A stretch of 64,000 bases of DNA from the human T2T-CHM13v2.0 reference genome, Homo sapiens, in the NCBI RefSeq assembly GCF_009914755.1, contig NC_060945.1, one strand, 5' to 3'. Both the position numbers and the translations under genes were made by a program. Positions 57,464-64,000 of the stretch are shown here, piece after piece. The stretch's first letter is position 1. Each line of letters starts with the position of its first letter. The notes below the pieces were generated by a model. The model was given only the letters and a program-made list of their open reading frames with translations, did not search any database and was not told the DNA's origin.

Positions 57464-59279
57464 ACTCTCTCTCTCCCTCTCTCTCTGTATATATATGTTT
57501 TTGTGTGTGTATACTGTGTGCATATATTGTGTATGTGTGTGGTATTGTTTGATTTTTGTGGTTTAAACATTTATAATGTAAAAAAAATGAGTATACATAT
57601 ACATGTATATGTGAATTATATTCAACTCCAACATTGGTCTGGGTGAGAGATACGTACTGGGAAAGAAAGAGCCCCTAAACTATAGAAATTTGTTATTGCC
57701 TGAGATACGGAAGACCTGAGAAAAGTCAGTTTATGCTCATCGCGTATTCAAATATTTTGCGCCTTGGTAGATCTCAGTTAGACTCCTGAAGTTTTGATTT
57801 AGCATTTCTCAATAACAAGTCTTTTAAATATATGTACCGTGTAAATTTTCTGGCAGACTCAACTGTTACTATATTTTATTTAATTTTTGCAGTATAAATA
57901 TTTTCAGCGTGTGGACATCATGTGGACAAAAAGACCAAAAGATAATGAATGAATGTTTGAAATAAGCATAAACAGTAGCTTACTTAGTAATGCCACTGAT
58001 CTATATGCTTCTATAATATATAATTATCTATATACTTCTTTAATATAAATATATTGTTGTAGCATAAAATACTTGTTTTCAATACATTGCCATTGCAGGC
58101 AAGAATTTTACCAATTAGATTTCTAGTGAGTATTTGTGTTGTATTACAACTAAATATGAGAATGGCTATTTTATTAAAGAGTAATATTTATTTATTACAA
58201 AATATCCTAAAGTCTTACAATATTTTCTAAAATCTTTAATTTGAAAAAGCTTAAAATTAATTTAACAAACTTTAAAAGTGAAACAACTTAGGGACTATAC
58301 TGCAGTCTCATATCAGTAAAATTGGATGAATCTCATCTGTGAAATCATTTCTTTATTTCTTACTATTTACATTTGGAAACTTAAATTCTATGCTATAGTG
58401 TTGTGTATGCAAGACAATACTGAGTATGGTAAAATTTCTAGGACATTGTATAAAATGTGAAGATACAGTAACAATATGACTTTATTAAATGGAGTATCTG
58501 CATTTCATATACACCATGAAATGTGAAAACAAGGACCCAATATCATAATTTTGATATGCAATGACATTCTGCTTTAATTATTCTATTTAATTGTTTGTTC
58601 TTGACTATATTATATTTGAATGAGCCCTATAGCACTGAATAATGTTGGAGAGATTTTTCATCCAGTCTAAATTATTGAGTTCAAATATTTCAGTATACGT
58701 AAGATCACTCCATACTGTAACAAAGAAGTCCCTGAAATAGTGATTGAGAACTTTGGACTATTAATGTATGTTTAGGTTTCCTGTTGCTATCTAGCACACC
58801 TCTGCTACAAAATGAAGGAATAAATTGTCCTGTGAATTAATTTAAACAAGAAAAGTTAGATCCTTGAAAAAATTTATAACACATGAATATTATTTGCGAA
58901 TAGATAGGAAAAAGATCAATAATCTTAAGACAGAATGAAGATTAGGGAAACCAATGATTATAGAGAAAAAAAGATAAAAAATTTTAAGACGGAAAAAGGA
59001 CTAAGTTAGAAATACAATGTCTGTAAGGCATTTGGTGCATTTTATTTATTTATTTATTTTATTTATTTATTATTTCATGTATTTGTTCAATAAACACGAA
59101 CTGTTTACTATATGCCAGATTTCAGATTAAGCAATTGTGTGGTAGGGTTGTTTTTTAATATATTCACACCTAGATTGCCAAAACGATTATTTCAGATGAT
59201 AGCCCACTGAAGCTGGACTTAACAACAATCTCATAATTGAGAATTGTTGAGAAATGTGAGGGATTGCAGTGCTCTCATT

Positions 59280-59321
59280 TGTGTGTGTGTGTGTGTATGT
59301 GAGAGAGAGAGAGAGAGAGAG
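59280..59321. repeat. (TG)n(GA)n compound microsatellite
   Basis: Direct read of the sequence. Confidence 0.95.
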
Positions 59322-61374
59322 CAAGATAACATGTATAGGTTATATATGTGTGTATTTAAAAATATTTATGCAATATCCTGTGTCTGTCCTATTAGTGTCA
59401 TATACATGTGATATATCCATATATGTATATATATCTATTAGTGTTACTGGAAGGACCAATATATATGCAAACTCCATAGAGTAATTAGAAGAGCTAGGGA
59501 GCTGAAGGTGCACTTAGTACGTAATTGATAATTAACGCAGTCGGGCCAGGGGAAGGCTAAATGAGCAGAGCTGTTGCAGTAGTCATGTCTATGAGGACAA
59601 GAAGTAGGTTATTGGGTACAGTTTAGGTAATTTTGGAATAATTTCTTTCAACGATATAATGGATTGTAAAATAGTTAAAAATATTTCATTTCATATTTGT
59701 TTCTTATTCACTCTCTGCATTATAGCTTTCAGAAATGAGGATTTTTGACAAAAGGGATTCTATACTAGGATCTTATTGTGTGTGTCACTGAACCATTTGA
59801 TAATGTATTTAGAGATACTTATTACTTTGTTGATATTCCCATATTTAATTCACCTCATAGTACTTAAAGAAAACTTTATTTTGCCACATCCAGTTACAGA
59901 AACAAATTCAGGGAAGGATTTACTTCACACAGATATTTATCTGTAACACACTTGAAGTGTAATTATATTTTCACAAAATAAGTTCTAAGATATGATTTCA
60001 AAACCACTTTATAGAATGAATGACAACTCTACCGGCAAGTTAAGAAAAATATTTTTCCTATTAAATACAAAAATAAAATGGGTCATGAGTTTGAAAAATA
60101 TACATAAAACATAAAGATGAATGTTTGCTGATTCACCAGGTTGTAAATTTTCATGAGCAGTTGTGCTTAAAACTTTGTTTAAATACCAGTTTAGCAAATT
60201 ACTAGCATAAAATATATATCACAATTTACATATGACTGTGGGCTGTTAAGAGAATGGAGTATATTTGGATCAGCAGAAATTCTGTATGAAAAAGAAAGGT
60301 CCTCTCAAGTTCGTACAATTTGTCTCCACACATTTAGTGAAAAAGTCCAAAGTGTGCATTACTATATTCCAGTCTTATGTTTGACATATGTACTTAAATG
60401 ATTGCAGCCATGGAAAAGAAAAAGAAGTTCTTGGTGATGATTGGCATGTATCATGGTTCAGACAAAGACCTGTAAAAAAAACCTGTCAGATTACCCAAAA
60501 CCTTAGGAAACAAGTCATCGTTATTTCTAAAAGTTGCCAACATCAGCACTGATCCGAAATATATCCGTTATTGGTGAAGAAACCGGATTGATGTTTTATC
60601 TGTCAAAAGATATCATGAACAGTAGTTTAAGTTTGCCACTTAGAAGAAATTTGGCAGTTCCTGTGAGGAGATAAAACTGCTTTTATGAATAAATAAAAAA
60701 AGGGAAGTCCCAATTGCTTACTCAGTCCTTGTGCTTAAAATAATGAAGAGACCAATTAGCATATTCTTTCATCCCCTTTTCTAAATACTAATGTTGAAGC
60801 AAAAAGAGATGTTCATATAATCATGTATTTCTGTCCTTGGTGTACAGCATTGAATTAATGATGTCAGGAATACAGACTAAGGAAATACATTCAGCAATTC
60901 CACTGAAGAAGCTTACAGTGCAGTAAAAATAAAGATAAATGCATTACATTCAGTGTTGACAGCCAAAATAGAGGTCGGTGATTACCTGTAGGAGAGAGCA
61001 GGTTGAGGTACTTCAAAGGCAGTTTACTGAAAGAAGGGAGGCTCTAGAGGGATGTAGGAAGGTAGAAGAGAGATGAAAAGCTCCAGTATTATCCAGAGTA
61101 CAGCTAGTTTGTCTGGCCTTCTTCTCTGCTTTGCTAAATATGTTTTAATTAATCAGCACTCTTCCCTCTTGAAAACATTTTCGTTTGCTTTATTTTTTTT
61201 TGCTGAGGTTATTATTTATTGTTAGATTCAAAACATTGAATTGCCACAGTTTGTCTTTGCTATGCCTGTGTTGCTTGATATAACGTACATGAATTAAGCA
61301 TTAATGAATTAGATCTTTTAAGAGTAGTTTTCTGTACAGTTACCAACATGACATGATAATAATAGTTTCTTGTT

Positions 61375-61600
61375 TGTACTTTTGTTTCTATTTGTTTGCT
61401 GAGTGTCAGGAACCGTTCTCAGAATTTACATGTGTTATCTATGTAATCATTACTAAAATGTTAAAAGAGAAATCACCATCATCACTGCTATTTTTCAGAT
61501 AAACAAATTGAAGTGAGAAAAACTTAAGTAAATACAAAAGTTTCACATTTAGTAAGGTGGGACTGAAATACAATGCTATTTTTTTACTCCCAGAGTCTTG
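61375..61600. mobile_element. MIR
   Basis: 'gtgtcaggaaccgttctcagaatttacatgtgttatctatgtaatc...tttttcagataaacaaattgaagtgagaaaaacttaagtaa'. Confidence 0.7.
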
Positions 61601-61806
61601 TGTTCTAGCTAATAATTAGTACAGTGGGACCAGTTTGGGTTCTGATGGCCCCAGTTTTCTCCTGGCCCAGTCTGTCTGGATTAGACCAATGCAATGGATG
61701 AGAATTAATAACGATTCCTGGAATCACTGCAAGTGTACTTGGAAGTCTCAACCAACATCCCAGGACCTAGAAAAAAAATCTATTTATATTTAGCAAGACT
61801 GGACAG

Positions 61807-61825
61807 CTGCCACCAGGTGGCACTA
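61807..61825 (+). promoter_or_regulatory. Candidate CTCF binding site
   Basis: ctgccaccaggtggcacta closely matches the CTCF core CCACCAG(G/A)(T/G)GGC(G/A)CT. Occupancy is not demonstrated. Confidence 0.65.
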
Positions 61826-62734
61826 AATTCAATTAAAACTAGATGGCTGCAGTAGCATCCCTGATCATCCTTGGCTGGGCAAACTCAGCCTTATTTTTGC
61901 AGTACTGTAACTTACAGAATTGAAATATTTGCACTCCAATTGTCTTGCTATGATGGAATTTTCTGTATTTTTATTTGACATTGAAAAATATCTTGAAAAT
62001 AGAGTATTACAATTTCATGGATGATTACAAATACTTTTTTGGAAAAACTATAGAAGTTTGACCTTTTGAAACAAAATGTTAGATTTGCAAAGAAGTTGAA
62101 AAGCCACTAATTTTAAATGTAAGGAATGACTGAATTACCTTTGCAAGATATTTGCAAAGAAGAATTGATATTGCCTGACCTTTCTAGTGAGTAACATAAC
62201 CCCGAGAGACTAACTGGACTACCTTTGGTCAGATGACAGAAGTTAGCAGTTATCAAATGAGTCAAAATCTGTGTTTTCACAACTTTTTTGTTTCTCTACA
62301 AGGTTCTAATTTTAGAAACATCATAAAACCAAATGAGGCAATTACAAATTAACTTTTCTTCAGATTTTTTAAACCTATTATGAATTTTAGTTAAGTTTAA
62401 GTTAATTTATTGCAACTTCCATGCTTGTTATTTATTTTTTAATTGATTTTCTTATTGAAGAAATGTTAATTGAGTGATTACTCTATGCCTGGTGTTAGGG
62501 GTCAAATAGTGAATCAAACAGATAAAAACTTTACCAATGTAGGGTTTACTCTCATGTGAAGAAAAGACAGTTCACAGATAAATAAATAGAGTGACTATCA
62601 ATTGTGTTAGTTTTATACATGCAACATGTAAGGGCTTAAGGTAACTATAACTACAAAAATTGATTGAATTTGTATCATATACCAGGCACTATCTTAAATG
62701 CACTGTTGTATTTAATTCTCATAACAGCCTTGTT

Positions 62735-63360
62735 TGAGTTTTGTTTTACTCCAAAACAATCCTTGGTTTTGGCAATTCACTAGAAAAACTCAGAGGACTC
62801 AGAAAGCCTGTGGTATTTATGGATACTGTTCATTCAGGGAAAAGATACAGATCAAAAGGGCAAAGGGAAATGGCAGATGGGGCAAATAGAAGCCAGACAT
62901 ACATTTCTTAGTGTCTCTTTCCAGTGTAATGACACTAGGACACACTTAATTTTCCCCTAAATGATGAATGACAGCACATGCAAAGTGCTGTCCACTAGAG
63001 TAGTTCCTCTGAGCTTGGGTGTCCAGAAGTTTTATCAGAGTCCCTTACCTAAGCATTTAGCACCCTCTAGACTGATTGAGCTACTCACTCCAGCCTCCTT
63101 CCAGAGCAAAAACAGATGTTCACATTAAATCACATGGTTTATCCAACTGCTACTCTGACCAAAGGCCTCAGGCATGCAAGTACTGGTGGCCAACATAAAT
63201 ACAGTGTGGCCCAGGGCCTCAAGCATACATAACCACGCATACTCTTACCAGGGAGAATATTCTAAGGAATAGGTTGTCTCTGAAAAGTCAACCAATTCTT
63301 TCTTTGGAATGTGCAGAGTTGGGGTAACCGAGGCCTGCTCATTTTTTACCTATTCCACCC
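62735..63360 (-). mobile_element. LTR of the MER21/MER68/MER77 group
   Basis: 'aattcactagaaaaactcagaggactcagaaagc...aaagatacagatcaaaa...gcaaagggaaa...ggacacacttaatt' and 'tctttggaatgtgcagagtt...aggcctgct'. Confidence 0.75.
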
Positions 63361-63920
63361 ATCTGGCCCTTGGCATACACTCTCTTACAATAAAACTATC
63401 ATATTTTCCTGAGCATTTATATTTATTATAACATTTATATTTTAATCACATTTATATTTAATCACAGAACAAATCAGTAAAAATTACAGGTGTATTTTCC
63501 CTGCCTTCCCAAATGAATTGGCCCTTGTACATATTCAGGATATTGTTATAAGTCATTACAATTCATTATCTCTGGGTTATAAGTCATTTGGGGTCAAAGC
63601 AGTCTTTCTGCCTTGGTCACAGGCTTGTGCTAAGATTGCTATAATTTAATTTGACTATGCTATGAGAGCTCCCCATAACCTTTCCTGTTTAATGATGGGG
63701 CCATTCTCTAAGGGAATTGGGACCCCCGCTGTGATGCCTATTGCTTTATTCCCTGAGAAACCTATTGTATTTTTCAGGTCTGCTTAATAGCTTTTCAGGC
63801 ACCAAAACAAGGCAATACATATTTGTACAAAGAACACATTGGCATTTAGGGCATACAGCTTCCTGTTTAGTACATTATAACCTGGAGCGCCTTTAAGCAT
63901 TTAGTCATCAAGACTTATAT
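63361..63920 (-). mobile_element. Probable ERV internal sequence adjoining that LTR
   Basis: Directly abuts the LTR end and has non-L1 composition; not matched to a consensus. Confidence 0.4.
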
Positions 63921-63924
63921 TATT

Positions 63925-64000
63925 TATTTATTTAATTTTTTGAGACGGAGTCTCGCTCTGTCGCCCAGGCTGGAGTGCAGTGGCGCCATCTCAGCTCACT
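63925..64000 (-). mobile_element. Alu (probably young, CpG-intact), cut by the window end
   Basis: 'ttttttgagacggagtctcgctctgtcgcccaggctggagtgcagtggcgc'. Confidence 0.95.

Noticed and set aside
60380-60620. Unique CpG-containing stretch with minus-strand acceptor-like sites
   Set aside because: The frames I translated hit stops quickly and I found no convincing donor, so an exon cannot be supported.

Overview
This is AT-rich, CpG-depleted primate genomic DNA, very probably human (AluJ/AluS/AluY, L1PA/L1M, L2, MIR, MaLR/ERVL LTRs, hAT and Tigger DNA transposons). It reads as deep intron or gene desert. I find no supportable protein-coding gene, tRNA, rRNA, CRISPR array or CpG-island promoter. 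The supplied ORFs are translations of Alu, L1, LTR or simple-repeat sequence; one (10718-10936) is a decayed Charlie1 hAT transposase remnant. Five things stand out. (1) A near-perfect 40-bp-arm inverted repeat with pre-miRNA-like geometry at 8096-8183. (2) A CpG-rich two-unit higher-order minisatellite (A-BBB-A-BBB-A-B) at 44591-44910. It sits in an apparently captured ~0.9 kb segment that splits an MLT2 LTR and has serial junction duplications. (3) A strong palindromic CTCF motif at 61807-61825. (4) An old L1 with a twin-priming 5' inversion at 14540-15160. (5) A two-LTR MaLR element carrying nested Alus at 30940-34089. Repeat subfamily names come from recalled consensus sequences, not a RepeatMasker run, and boundaries of old elements are approximate. 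I cannot honestly claim a new biological system from sequence alone.
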